Shown here piece after piece: positions 16,627 through 30,610 of a DNA stretch of 64,000 nt (position 1 is its first letter; each line of letters opens with the position of its first letter). Location: NCBI RefSeq assembly GCF_009914755.1, contig NC_060927.1, one strand, 5' to 3'. Made by a program: the position numbers and the translations under genes. The DNA comes from the human T2T-CHM13v2.0 reference genome, Homo sapiens. The notes beneath the pieces were generated by a model that was not told the origin of the DNA, made no database searches, and worked only from the letters and a program-made list of their open reading frames with translations.

Positions 16627-16907
16627 TTGACAGAGTCTCACTCTGTTGCCCAGGCTGGAGTACAGTTGCGGGATCATGGCTAACTGCAACCTCTGCGTCC
16701 TGGGTTCAAGCGATTCTCCTGCCTCAGCTTCCTGAGTAGCTGGGACTACAGGATGTGCCACCATGCCTGGCTAATTTTTGTACTTTTAGTAGAGATGGGG
16801 TTTTGCCATGTTGGCCAGGCTGGTCTTGAACTCCTGGCCTGAAGCAATCCCCCTGCCTCAGCCTCCCAAAGTGCTGGGATTCCAGATGTGAGCCACCATG
16901 CCCGGCC
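16591..16907 (-). mobile_element. Alu (AluJ/S-like)
   Basis: perfect 16-bp TSD aggcagatagattttc at 16575-16590 and 16909-16924. Confidence 0.96.
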
Positions 16908-18305
16908 AAGGCAGATAGATTTTCGACAACGAGAAAGAGCAAGTGAGGCCTCCCAGTGCATCTGTACTGCAAGTGTGATGGTGGAGAAAGTTATTTGGTG
17001 AAGCCTGGGAGGTTTTGTATGATAAAAACGAATCCAGGGGCTGTGTGGTCCCTGCATCTGATTGTGTCCTGTCTCGGGGAGCTTAAGGAAAGGTTATATC
17101 GAAGCTGGAAATACCGCAGTCAGGGTCACCAGCCTTCATTCTCAAAAAGCAGACGGAAACTCTGTGTTAGGCTTCATGTGGTTTCCCCGGAAGAAGTTTT
17201 AGTCCCCACTCATCCTCTCAGCTGGGATCTTGTGTGCAGTGCACAAACTGTGCAACTCGATGTACATGGCAGGCCTGACTGCAGGGCCAGTGTTGCTGGT
17301 CTTTGCCCAGATGCCTAGGCTGGTCCTGGGTTGTTTCTACAAACATCCATGTGTGACAGCATGTCCTCAGGAAGAAGGTCCCTCTTCCAACTCTCATTCT
17401 TAAGGCCCTGAGTAGAGGTCCCTGCCTGAGCTTCTAGGATGTAATGTGGAGGTTTAGAAGATAGGGTGATGATGGGGAAATTGTCTTGAGAAGTCCCGAG
17501 TTTCATTATGATTTCAAGGGCTACACTGGAGGGCAATCCAATGGGAGGGGCATCTCAGCCTCTCTGGTACTTTTACCTTGGCTTGACCCTTGCCTCTGCT
17601 TCCCAAGTTTCCAATGGCATCTTTTTGACCATGACAGCTGGTCCTTTGGACATTTGCCAAGGCACTACCTCCAGCTTTGGCCTATTTGACCCAATGAGAT
17701 GCCTTTAGTTTTGCCTCCTGGCTGGATCTCTGCCTCAGCCCCTTGCCCCCACCCTGGTGAAGTCTTGAATTGAGCAAATGGTCCCCGGGACCAATAGCTT
17801 ACAGATCCTGGTGATTTGGATCCTGAAATGTCATGTTCTTTTCAAATCTGCATATTAATTGGTAGCCCCAGAAAACTGTTTCTTTCTTGAGATTAGCTAC
17901 CTGCCCAGGACATGGCCTGACAAGTTTCCCCAGCTCTCTCCCTCCTGCATGCATACAGGTGGGGTACTTTCTTACACATCTACATTGTCTTACGCATTTG
18001 CAGCGCTCCACAGTCTGCCACTTAGAGAGTCTGTCCTATCCTACCTTCTATAGTGAGTTATTTGAATGTAACTCACTCCCTCAAATTTCACTGTCAAATT
18101 GAAGAAGTGAATAAAGAGAGACTCAGAGTTTGGGAGGAAAGGGCTGTACTGCCACAAGTGTCCTTGAAGAATACCATAAATAAGTCATTTTAATTATATT
18201 CTCCTTTTACCAATAACAACCATCTGTAGTCTTATCTTCAATATACTCTCACATGGCAGGAGATAAGATTCCCCAGCCTTGTTGTTTTGGGAAGATTACG
18301 TTTCA

Positions 18306-18695
<390 letters not shown>

Positions 18696-20148
18696 TCATA
18701 AGGGTTTATATGACTTGGAGAGGTTAAATGTAACTATGGAAACATAATTAATGCCATCAAGACCTTGACTTGAAATTATGTTTAGAGAAGAATGTAAATG
18801 TCACTGTCTCTTGTTTTGAGAAGACAACATTTTATAAACTTTGAACGAATCTTTCCAGTTTACACAAAGTGTTTCTCATTACATTGTTAACTGGCCAATA
18901 AATGAAGTCAGATTATCTCTTTTTAATTCTTTCAGATTCCTACTCCCCAACAAGTGAGTATAATCGTTCTTTTTCCTTAAAAAAAATCCACCGTCTACCT
19001 TTAAAAAAATTTCTTTTCGCTTTTCTTGACTGATTCTCATGACATGTCACTGTAAGTTAGCATCAGCTCTTCTTCAAATTTACTTAGCTTATATACTAAT
19101 GTTGTGCAACAAATCTGTCCTATTGGTGGCTGAAACATGAGGGAAACCACCTTCTTAGTTTTTCTGTATTCCTAGAGGCAAAGATTCTTTCTTATCTCAG
19201 AAGCACAGCATTCAAATCACGGACTACTGATCAGCTAAGATGCATTTTGTAAATCAAATGGAAAATCTTTACATTTGTGCCAATGGGTTTTTCCCACCGT
19301 GTGTAAAGCATAACTTGACTTTTTTTTCTTTTAAAGATTGTTTTATCTTTTGAATGTTCTATCCCCCCAAATGATAGATATCTCCATTTAATACTTCCAA
19401 GACTAAAATAGAAGCATTATTGCTCTGATTCTAATTTAGACTGTGGTTAAGAGAGTTTTAGCATAAATAAGACTTTTGATCATAGGCTACTTGGGGCGAG
19501 AAGCTTTAGCATTATAGTTAAAATATTAATGATTCAATTGCTTGATCATATATACTAGTACCATGAAAACCACCTTAATATTTTATGCTGTGTTTGCTCA
19601 GTGATTGAAGTAATACCTGAAATACAAAGTCCATTACCTTCTAACCTTTTCAGTTTACATGAGGTACAAACATCTTTCATCTTATATTGTATATCAGATT
19701 TTAAAATACCTTTTTAGCACCAGAATTCAGTCATCTTTCTCTTATTTTAAAATGGTAAAGGAAAATGATTTTTCACAAGCTGAATAAAGACGATAACTAT
19801 TTTCAAAACTGCTTTTCTTCAGGGACACAGAAGCACTTGGTTGTCAGAATCCAGTGTTATTTCACAAATGTGGGAACTTTCGATTTTAATATTACCTTTT
19901 TTCCTAAAATAATAACCATATGATGCTCTTAATGATACAAACATAGCTCTTAGAAGTAGAAAGAGAAATCCATAAAAAAGCACAAGAAAAAAATCTTCGA
20001 CAGGCTTTCTAGTTTTATGTTTTCACGCGTTAAATGCCAGTGCCTGAGTGACATTATGTGCAAAGAATAAATGCAGATTATGCTGTTAATGTGATTGTTT
20101 GAAGAAGCAACTAAAGGAGAACACACTGGCTTTGGGAAAAGTAATTAC

Positions 20149-20176
20149 CTGAGGAGTTGAATTATTGGTTCCCAAC
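20149..20176 (-). CDS. MINDY4B: MINDY4B coding micro-exon 2 (R-LGTNNSTPQ), 28 nt
   Basis: AG at 20178-20177; CAG|GTAAT donor at 20148; restores frame between exon 1 (phase 2) and exon 3 (phase 0). Confidence 0.85.
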
Positions 20177-20412
20177 CTTTAAATGAAAGAGAAAACATCA
20201 AGTAAATTACTCACTCTCTTCAAACCTCACATCCACAAACCTCCCAAACCCCAACCTTGCTAGGGAAGTCTCTGTCCACGAATAGTTATGCCTGAAGCAT
20301 TTTAAAGGTAAATCTATAAAGGAAATTTCTCATGTTGCAAGCTTATAAGTTGATTACTTAAACACGGAAAATTCCTTTGTTTCTAAAGAAATGAGAGAAT
20401 GAGAACACCTTA

Positions 20413-20640
<228 letters not shown>

Positions 20641-21190
20641 CTACTTTGACCAGCAAAGAGATCACTCCACACAATTGCTGCTCTGAGCGCACTGTAAGCC
20701 CCTGCTATCAGATCATGATTAAACTTTCATTAGAGGTAAAATAGTCTGTGTATTTTTGTTCACTATATAGGGACCATGAATGTTTAATTTAAGACATAGA
20801 TTTATAAACAAAGGGATTGCAATTATCTGTATCAAAGCAATTGGGATAATTTAATTGGTGAGAGATACTATGCTGGTGGTGGAATGTGATAGTTTTTTAT
20901 GCTGTAATGCCTTCTTGGAAGTGTTTGTGGAGCAGAAATACATAGCCAAAAGTGAGTAAAAACCATCCTGCTGACATCAGAAAACTTTATCAACTACCGT
21001 TGGATAATATATAGGCCAAAAAAGACACTGGCCAACTGGCATTTGCTGTAGAGTTTAGTACACAGAAATCTTGCACAGTTGAAGAACTGGTCTGATTTGT
21101 TTCAGGGAGAAATCCAAAAGTTATATCATTATATCTCTTCTTGTTGGCTTAGTGAATTATAGCTGCAGTCACTGATATAATAAAGAATAT

Positions 21191-21615
21191 TGATGGTTTT
21201 GATGATTAATTTTATGTGTCAACTTGGCTAGGCTGAGTTGCCTACATGGTACTCATGTAAACACCAATCTAGATGTTGCTATGAAGGTCTTTTTTAAAAG
21301 ATATGATTAACATTTATATCCGTTGACTTTGAATAAAGCCAATTACCCTTTGCAATGTGGATGGACCTTATCTCATCAGTTGAAGGCCTTAAAATGGTCC
21401 CCCAAGGAAGAAGGAATGCTTCAGACAGGCTTTGGACTCAAGACTGAAACATCAGCTCTTCCCTGGGACTGCAGACTGCTGGTCTGCCCTGCAATTTAAA
21501 TTTTTTGACTTGCCAGCCCTCACAACTGCATGACTGCCCTCACAATTGTCTATATGTATGTGTGTGTCTATATGTTGCCTATTGGCTCCATGTCTCTGGA
21601 GAACCCTAATATAAT
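21191..21615 (+). mobile_element. ERVL LTR (MLT2-like), about 0.7 kb upstream of the MINDY4B start codon
   Basis: 'gattaattttatgtgtcaacttggctaggc' start and 'ctctggagaaccctaata' end. Confidence 0.8.
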
Positions 21616-22629
21616 GTTGTTTATCAAAAACAATACTGGTTACCAGTAAAAGTTTTCTCTTGCTCCTTCTGACTTGGTTGAATATAAATCTTGAACCTCT
21701 TCAATAGGAGGTCATTTTCTCTATAAACATTTCTAATCATGAGTTATATAAAATCCTGGGAATGCTAAGAGGTCAAGACAAAGAGGCTATGTGGATTTAT
21801 TGTGACTAGAGTGGTCAGGGTTGAGAGGACTGGTTATTTATAATGTTGCAAAGACCTTGAAACGTAGCCAGGCACCAAAGAAACCAGAGGTGGGTTTAGG
21901 TGTCCACAGTCTTGCTTAGGAGTGCTCCACCACCAGTTTCTTCAACTAATTTTTGGTGGTGGTTTAACTACCTGATTTCCACAGGTCTCAGAAATGTTCA
22001 TCAGATTTACTATTTTTGTTATAAACATAAGAGGCCGAAATAAATCATTTTTTATTTCCCTTCACTAACCATAAAACCTTTTTTTTTTTAAAAAAAAAGA
22101 CACTTCACTACTGTTTTCCTGTTTATAGTTTTATAATTTTAATAGTGGCATCAGTATTAATATTTATTGGGCACCCACAGTGTAGAAAAAAATAAGAAAT
22201 GACATAATTCTTGTTCTCAAATAATATGATGAGAAATGTTCCGGAATTTCCTATTTAAAAAATCATATTAAAAAATAAATTCTGGATCCGCCATTTAAAT
22301 TATTTAACAACCCAAAACCAGAAGAGGGGAGCAGCTAAGGAAACTATTTTTTAAAGACTCATTATTAAATCTGTGTATTTTTGGCTACATCTGTGCCCTA
22401 ATTTACAGAGAATTCTGTAAAGGTAGAAGCATAAATCCCAATGATTAGATAACTTACCAATAAACCATCCTGTTGAGTTCAGTAAATGTATTTTGACTCT
22501 TCCCTACACACCAGGGACTTGGAGGTTCCAAGGTGAACCAGATGTGGTTCCTGCTCTTCCTAGTGCAAGAAATAGACACGCAGCGAGGAAAATGCAGTGG
22601 AACAGCGGGAGCACAGGGGATGGGCAAGA

Positions 22630-22800
22630 CAGCAGGGTGGTTAAGAGCATGGGCTCTGGGCCCAAACTGCTTAGTTCTGAATCATGGTTTCACCTCTTAC
22701 TTGCTATATCACCTTAGACAGTTTATGTAATCTCTCTATGCCTCAGTTTATTCATCTATGAAATGGGGATGATTTCATATCTTTACCATATTGAGACTTC
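22630..22800. mobile_element. MIR
   Basis: 'gtggttaagagcatgggctctgg..ctctatgcctcagtttattcatctatgaaatggggat'. Confidence 0.75.
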
Positions 22801-24547
22801 TATGAACATTGTATATCACTATTTGTTTAGATCTTATTTGTCTTCCCATTGTTTATTTAGACTTAATCCCCAGGAGTGAAATGACTGAATCAGATAATGT
22901 GGTCATTTAAAGACATTTGACACAAATTACCAGGGTTCAACACTGTTTGTGATCATCTCTTGCCCAGCCCTCTTATTACTTTTATCCCAGGGTGGAATTC
23001 ATGATCTCACTTTTCAATAAAGAAAGTGCTGTCTTTCCTTCCCCCACCTTTCTCTCCTCTTTCAGTTAGGTCCTCCATATGGAAAGGGCTGGTCTCTGGA
23101 ATACACCAAGGTTTAAGAATGCAATTCAGCCACATCCAGAGAAAAGCACCATTCTTTGGGGCATTTTATTAAAAGACTTAGAGCAGGAAGCCTGGCTGTA
23201 AGAAAAAGGTTGGGAAGCAGATGTGGGGTTGGAGGATCCTGGACCAGGTCTGGAGAGAGGGGGCAAGGGAGGGTACAGAAATATGTGGAATCTGAGATTT
23301 CCCTCTTCCATTTTTATGTCCTTGCTCCCTCCTTACAGCATATGAAGTCATCTAAAGCTCTTATCCCAAGACTGCTCCTGATGCAGCAAAGGACTGGGAC
23401 TAAATGTGGGGTATCAGGCAGTAAGGGGTCTGCAGCAGCAAAAAGAAAGCACAAGTACAAAGCAGGGGCCGTGGTGGGGATGGAGAGTTTCTGTGGCCCC
23501 GCAATGGGGGATAGATAGTGGAGGGTCTGAAATCATCCACCTATAAAAGAAATGCACTGTGTGAGTGCAGAAATCTGCAGCTGAGTCCATTTGCTTTCTT
23601 TGTGGATAATTTTTAAAAATATGAACGGTATCATGAGAAAAGCTAGTATGTATTTCAAACCTGGAAATTAATACGTAAAATTTAATGCCATTAACATTTG
23701 CTATAGTCTCCCAGAAAGCTCTGACTGATCTTTACAATTTATTTACTCAGTTCAGCCTTATAGTCAAAGTTGAAAACCTTGGGCTTGCAAGCGTTTTGAC
23801 TAGCTTGCAAAATCATTCCCAACCTTTCTTCTTGCTGTTTTCCTGTGATGTTTCATAAACAGAAATCTGAAAGCAGAATTTTCGAGGCTTTTGATTTTTT
23901 TAAAACAAAATCTCGTTAGCGTTTAATTAACCTTATCCCTGGAAAGCTCTTCCTTAGGATTAAGTGAAATCCTTTATGCTTTAATTACCATGCATTTTCT
24001 TTAGTAATACTTTCTGTGGAGATGGAAATTTCCTGATTATATCCCTTCCTAAAAGAATTCTGCCAATCCACTGGATACTAGAAGATGGCTGAAATATTCT
24101 CCCTTTGTTCTTTGGTGCTATAGGGAGGAGGAAGAAGGTGGAGGTCAGACCCAGGGTGAAATCCCAGCTCCTCCTCCATGACTGAATAGCCTTGGAGAAG
24201 TCACTTAGGGTCTCTGAGCTTCACTTTCCACACTTCTTTGACTTATAGAGTCATGATGTATATGACATATAAAAACTCCTAACCTTTAATCAACATTTTC
24301 TTGGCTCTTATATGTTAAACTTCTCCTTTAAACATTTTATTTTTTCTGGAGAAAAAAAACCCATTTTATCTTTTATGCCTTTGTGTACTTTAGCGGTGGC
24401 AGAATGAGTCAGGGACACGGTTAGAAGTCAAAAGTCCTGAAGTGAGGAAACACAGGCATTGGTCCCAACTCAGTCATTGGCCTTTGGCTGGTCCCCTAGT
24501 CATTGGTATGGGCCCCAGTCATCATCTTCAAAGGCCGTAAAGACCAG

Positions 24548-25310
24548 TGTGGTATAATAGGAAATCTATATTTGGTCTTTCTCCCTGGTTCCTAAAACAC
24601 TTGGAATTTCCTGAGTGATGAAGGCGATAGAAGCATCTTTTATTCTAATGAGCTACTCTTAGTGGGCTCCTAAGCAGCTTCAGAACAGGGTGTTGTCCCC
24701 AGAAAGACCAAGCCTTGATTAGATGTTTGGAACTTTTAGCTCACACCCCAGCCTGCGGGGAAGAAAGAAGGGGTGGAGATGATTTAATCACTAATGCCCG
24801 ATGGCTTAATCAATAATGGCTATGTAATGAAGCCTCCATGAAAGTCCGTAAACAACAGGGTTTAGGGAAGTTCCAAGTTGGCAAAAACATCCACATGCTA
24901 GGAGGGTGTTGCATCCCAACTCCACCAGAGACAGAGGCTCCTACACTCAGGACTCCCCCAGACCTGGCCTTGCATACATCTTCATTTGGCTGTTTATTTG
25001 CATCCTTTATAATAAACTAGTAAGTGTAAATAAAGTGGCTTCCTGAGTTCTGTGAGCAAGTCTAGCAAATTAACAAATTATCAGGGGGTCATGGGAACCC
25101 CTGATTCACAGCCAGTCTGTCAGAGGTACGGGTGACATGATCCTTGCAACTGGCATCTGAAGTGAAGGCAGTCGGTGGGACTGAGCCCTCACACCTGGGG
25201 AGTGTGACACTAACTCTGGGTAGTGTCAGATTGAATTGAATTGCAGGACACCTACTTAGTGTTGGGGGATTGGAAACTGGTTGGTGTGGTAAAATACCTC
25301 TCTCCTTTGG
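24548..25310 (+). mobile_element. ERV LTR (MER21-like)
   Basis: 'aatctatatttggtcttt..cttggaatttcctgagtgat..tcctgagttctgtgagc..cttgcaactggcatctgaagtg' motifs. Confidence 0.7.
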
Positions 25311-25391
25311 TGTCCAAAAGAACCTGGTAACCAGCACTTGTCACACAGTTCCTGGAGTCACACTGGGTGGGAATCTCTGCTCCTCTTCTGT

Positions 25392-25978
25392 GATAGTTGT
25401 CCATTCTGTGTAACAAATTACCACAGACTTGGCGGCTTAACACCACCCGTATGTTATCTCACAGCTTTCAGGGGCCAGGAGTCTGGGCATGGCTTAGCCG
25501 GGTCCTTGGCTCAGGGTCTCACAAGGCAGCAGTGAAAGTGCTGTCCAGGTCTGCAGTCCCGTCTAGACTTGGGATCCTTTCCTAAGCTCGCATGGTTCTT
25601 GGTGGAATTCATCTCCTTGTGACTGTAGAACTTGTTTCTTCAAGACCAGCAGGAAAGAGGGAATCTCTGCTGCTTGAAGTCTCTGATCCTGGGGAAACAT
25701 CTCTGCTCTTATAAAGAACTCACTTGATGAGGTCAGACCCACCCAGGATAATCTCCCTTTTGATTAACTCAAAGTCAAACTGATTAAGGATCTTAGTTAC
25801 ATCTGCAGAATCCCTTCACCTTTGCCATATGTGATCATGGGAGTGACATCTCATCACCTTTGCCATATTCCACTGGCAAAAAACAAGCATAGGTCCTGCC
25901 CACGCTCGGGGGAGAGGATTCCTCAGAAGCATCACTGGTTGGTATTGGGGTGGGGTCACCCTAGCGTGTGTCCACCAC
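25392..25978. mobile_element. MaLR LTR (MLT1-like)
   Basis: 'gtgtaacaaattaccacagacttggcggcttaa..cccacccaggataatctcccttttgattaactcaaagtcaa'. Confidence 0.78.
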
Positions 25979-25989
25979 ATCTATTTACT

Positions 25990-26150
25990 GGCAGCGATCT
26001 TGGGCCAACAATTTCACCTCTTTGCCTCAGTTTCTACTCTTATAAAATGGGGATAACAATATCAGCTCTTTCACTAGGTCACTTTGAGGAATCATTAATT
26101 AATACCTGAAAAGCATTTAGAACAGTGGCACATAGCAAGAGTGCAATTAC
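25990..26150. mobile_element. MIR
   Basis: 'cctctttgcctcagtttctactcttataaaatggggataac..agcatttagaacagtggcacatag'. Confidence 0.7.
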
Positions 26151-28869
26151 TTTTTGGTGTTTATCTTCAAAATAGGGACAATTCCTGCTTGGTTGGCCTC
26201 TTGGGGTTGCTATAAACCTTCCAGGGGCCTGGAAGGTTTCTGCTAACTGAAAAGGACTATGCAAACAAGATGGATTATTGTTTTAGGGTCTGTTTTTCAT
26301 TTTATTTTGTCTTTCTTGTTTAACCAGGACTCTTGTCTGTGAGGACCAAACTGAGTTTAAACTGTGAAGTAAAAAGGGAATTTAGTGTCTCATTTGATTT
26401 CAAAGGAAAAACTCAGTTTAGATATGACTGAACACACATGCTCAAATGACACTGTTGGAATCTAGTCTCTCTCCACCTCTGGGCTGGCTTGCTTCTATGT
26501 GGGCTTTATTTTTAGGAAGGCTCTCCCATGATAGGAAAGACGACAGCTCCAGGCTTACTTGTATCAGATAAGCCACTCCAGCAAGAATACCCCTATTTCC
26601 TATCGGAAAATTTAGCAAAATCCCAGGATTGATTCTCATTGAGTCTTTTGCCCAATCTCTGTGACCAGGGCGATGGGAAGCACTAATTGGCCAGGTCTGG
26701 CTTATGTGCTCACTCTTAGAGCTGGAGGATAACATTAGATCCCCTGACTGAGGGTGAGGAAGAATAGCTCTCCAACAGAAAATGGAAAAGCTGTTACCAG
26801 ACCGGGTAGTGGATGTTTGCTTGTATATATATTTTTTAAAAAAGGCTCACTGCACTCTTACAAAGTATGAACAACAAGACTAGAACTCCCTGCCAATAAA
26901 GCATAAACATAATGTAAGAGCTATTTCTGAAAATACATGTGGTCTTCTCCTGTTGAATCAGACTGTGACTGCTGCAGGGATCACACAAGCCATCTAGTCA
27001 ACCTCCCCCTCCCATGTCCCCAACAGATGGTCAGCCAGGCACCCCTGGAATACTGTCAGCTGCTTTATTTTCCTCTTCCTCTTTCTTCTGTATAAAAGCT
27101 ATCCAGCATCTCAGGTCTGTTCATTTGCTTGCTCAGCATTCCTGAAGCCTCTCTTCTAGTCCTGTTGCCTTGGCCCTCATTATCCATCTTGCATGTCTAA
27201 AGTGTGCATGGGGCATTATGGGGAAAAACACTTGGTGGAAAATTGAAAGGTCAGTGTTTGATTTGCTCCTAAAATAATAACAGATTATTTTATAATCAAT
27301 ATGTAGCTGTTCACTTAAAACACGTATCTGTATGTATTCGCATAATAAAAAATACACCCCAAATCTTATTACGTCATTAATCAGGATGGGGGAAAAGACA
27401 ACCATTGCTTCAGACAAACTATACAACATTCCTGAATGATTTCTTATTTCTTTCTTCCAAAGAACAGACATCCCATGTGCACTTCCAGAGCCCCAGCTGA
27501 GCCACTAAACCTAAGAACTACATTCTACAAGTAATGTGTCCGAGGCAGCCATTGGATGCCTCCATCAATTTGTGACCCCCCACCCCGATCTCTTTTTGTT
27601 CCTTATTCTTTTAACAAATGCCACCTCTTCTCCTATTTTCATATAATTGTGCAATGACACATAATTATCTATTTAAATTTGTGGACAGAAGGAAACGAAG
27701 ATTCTGCTTTGATTCATCATGTTGGCGTTTCACTTCTGTCCATTTGCCTGCTTTGAGATATTTTCTGCCTTGTTTTAGAAGCTGCTTAGGTATCAGAAAT
27801 GTTATGAGTCAGTGAGTAACAAGATCTGGGTTCATCAAATCTGCTGTGTGATCTTTTGTAAGTCACTTATCCTCTCTGGGCCCTAGGAGGTAAAATATGG
27901 GGTTGGACAACACTAGATAATCTCTGGGTAACCCCTTCACGGCTTACTGTCTCTGACATTGGCTTAATTTGTCAATTCTACCTAACTCCACCCGGAATCT
28001 CTTGACTCTTAGAAGAGGCCAATGAGACCTCTTCTATTTATAGGCTGTTTGTGGTTTTCTAATGCTTTGTGTTCCCTCTCTGAACTTCAAATCATCCAAT
28101 TTTCTCTGGAACCAAGAAAGCCCCTTAAGAGGCAGCAGAGTTCATTCTCAAGAACATAACTCTAGGAGCCAGAAGCGTAGTCGTACTGACAAAGTCAAAA
28201 AAGGAGGCTAAATTAACAGATGCTCCAAGTAGAGTAATGAACAAGGTGCAGAAATGTTTCTCATAATGACTGCCTCCATAGAGTATAAATAGGAATGCAT
28301 GCCTTTCTTCCCTGTCTCCCCTCACACCATCTGTTATTTGTGTCAGGCAGTCAGTAATTGCTATATGTGACCCTTGTTGTTAGTAACAGGGACAACACTG
28401 TACATTGCAGCTTTCTTTGCTTTCTCCCATCTCCTGGCAGCTGTGGCTCTAAGGTTCGCGAGTATGCTAAGATGGTAGATTAGGATTTCCCTGGCTCTTG
28501 TAACTAAATATAATCAAATCACTCACCCTCCCTATTGGGAAATAAGTTATAAATAACAAGTCAGAGCAATCTTTCATCAGAGAGGCTGTGGTTACTAGGA
28601 AACGAGCACTGCAGTCAGGCTTTCTATTGTCGTGATATATCCATATGGCTTGGGGTTTTAGCTCAGGTTCTCTGTCTTTGGCCTTTCAAATGGTTCATGA
28701 GTATACTGTTCTTGCTATTAAAGTATTCCTTTGTAAATTTTAAGGGATGAAGACTTGGGTTCTAACTTTGGCCTTTCTCATCAACTTGCTGTGTGACTTT
28801 CTGTGAATTAATTCACCTCTCTGGTCTTCAGTTTAATTCTCAGCAACAGATGAGAAGGTTGGGTTAGAT

Positions 28870-29236
28870 CAAGGCAAATTGTGGCCCATAGGCCAAATTC
28901 ATTCTAGTGTCCATTTATGTATAGCCTGCAAGTTAAGAGTGGATTTTATATTTTTAAATAGTAGGAAAAAATCAAAAGAATCCATAACATAAAATATTCT
29001 ATTTCATAGTATATCATATAATTATGTAATATATTTCATGAAACTTATATAAAATTCAAATTTGTGTCCATAAACAAAGATTTGTGAAAACACAGCCACA
29101 TTCATTTGTTTATATGTTTTCTATGATTACTTTCACACTCAACGGCAGAGTTGAATAGCTGGGGCAGAGACTGTATGGCCTGCCAGGCCTGAAATATTTA
29201 CTCTCTGGTCCTTTACAGAAAGTTTGCTGATCCCTG
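28870..29236. mobile_element. hAT-Charlie MITE (MER58-like)
   Basis: end 'aaatatttactctctggtcctttacagaaagtttgctgatccctg'; near-identical 8-bp flanks ggttagat / agttagat. Confidence 0.8.
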
Positions 29237-29639
29237 AGTTAGATCGTCTCTTAGGTCCCTGTAACTTTATTTTAAAAATTGACTAATTCTCAGCACAGCT
29301 CCTTCTCAACCTGAGAAATTCCAGGCTGTAGGTGAACCAGTCCTGGGCTGCTCCTAGAGGGAATCTGGTACCTCTGCCAAGTCTTGAAAAGGACTGGGAA
29401 GTGTGTTGGCCAGAGACAGGATTGGAATGTTGAACCCCAGCCCTCCTGCTCTTGCTCTGGGTCAACCCAGGCCTGGGAACCAGAGTGATGAGCCATGAGC
29501 TTGCCCTGAGAGCTGGGGGCTGCAGTGGTTGTGGGCTTAGGATGTTGCTGTTGTGATACAGAGATCTCAAGAACAGTGACCTAAACAAGCTAGAAGCATA
29601 TTTATCTTTCCAACAAAAGTCCTGGTAACTTATACACCA

Positions 29640-30005
29640 AAAAAGACATATCAATTGATTGCAATGTATGGAATTTATTTGGATCCTGCCAAAAAAATTA
29701 TGAGATAATTGGGGAAGCTTAAACACTACATTTTGATAATAAAGAATTATTTATTTATTTTTTAGGTGTGGTAATGGTTTTGTGATCTTGTTTTCAAAAG
29801 ACAGTCCTGGGAGACATACTGCGATTTTATGGATGAAATGATATGATGTCTGAGATTTGCCTCATGATAATCCAGGTGGGGAGGGTTGGAAAAATTGTCC
29901 AGGAGTTGGTAGTTGAATACATGTAATGGGTACCTAAGATTCATTATACTACTTTCAATAATCGTGTATATATTTGAAATTTTCCATAACAAAAAGTTTA
30001 AAATA
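29640..30005 (+). mobile_element. old L1M 3'-end fragment nested in an MLT1-like LTR (about 29540-31130)
   Basis: 'aatgtatggaatttatttggatcctg..gtatatatttgaaattttccataacaaaa' L1M 3'UTR motifs. Confidence 0.65.
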
Positions 30006-30277
30006 TTTAATGTTCATAACCGGTGATTAAAAATTTATACTTTAAAGAAATTTAGTCCATGAAAAAGCTCACGCGAGTGCCAAAAATGTATCATTACAGT
30101 CATCATAGCTGGGTTTATAAAATACCTGGGAACAAGTTTCCCTATAAGAAAAAATTTCCTGAAGAGGAACAGTTGTGTCAAAAGTTTCAAGCATTTAAAA
30201 ATTTTAATTGACTGAATACACATTATTAATTTTATTATCGGTATATAGTCATTTATAATTTTTACATATATAAATAA

Positions 30278-30610
<333 letters not shown>

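Noticed and set aside
16930-17790. GC-balanced stretch with several overlapping short ORFs, possibly a lost MINDY4B exon or pseudogene
   Set aside because: No continuous frame or recognisable homology; exons 3 and 4 already join in frame; a MER91-like fragment lies near 17235-17280
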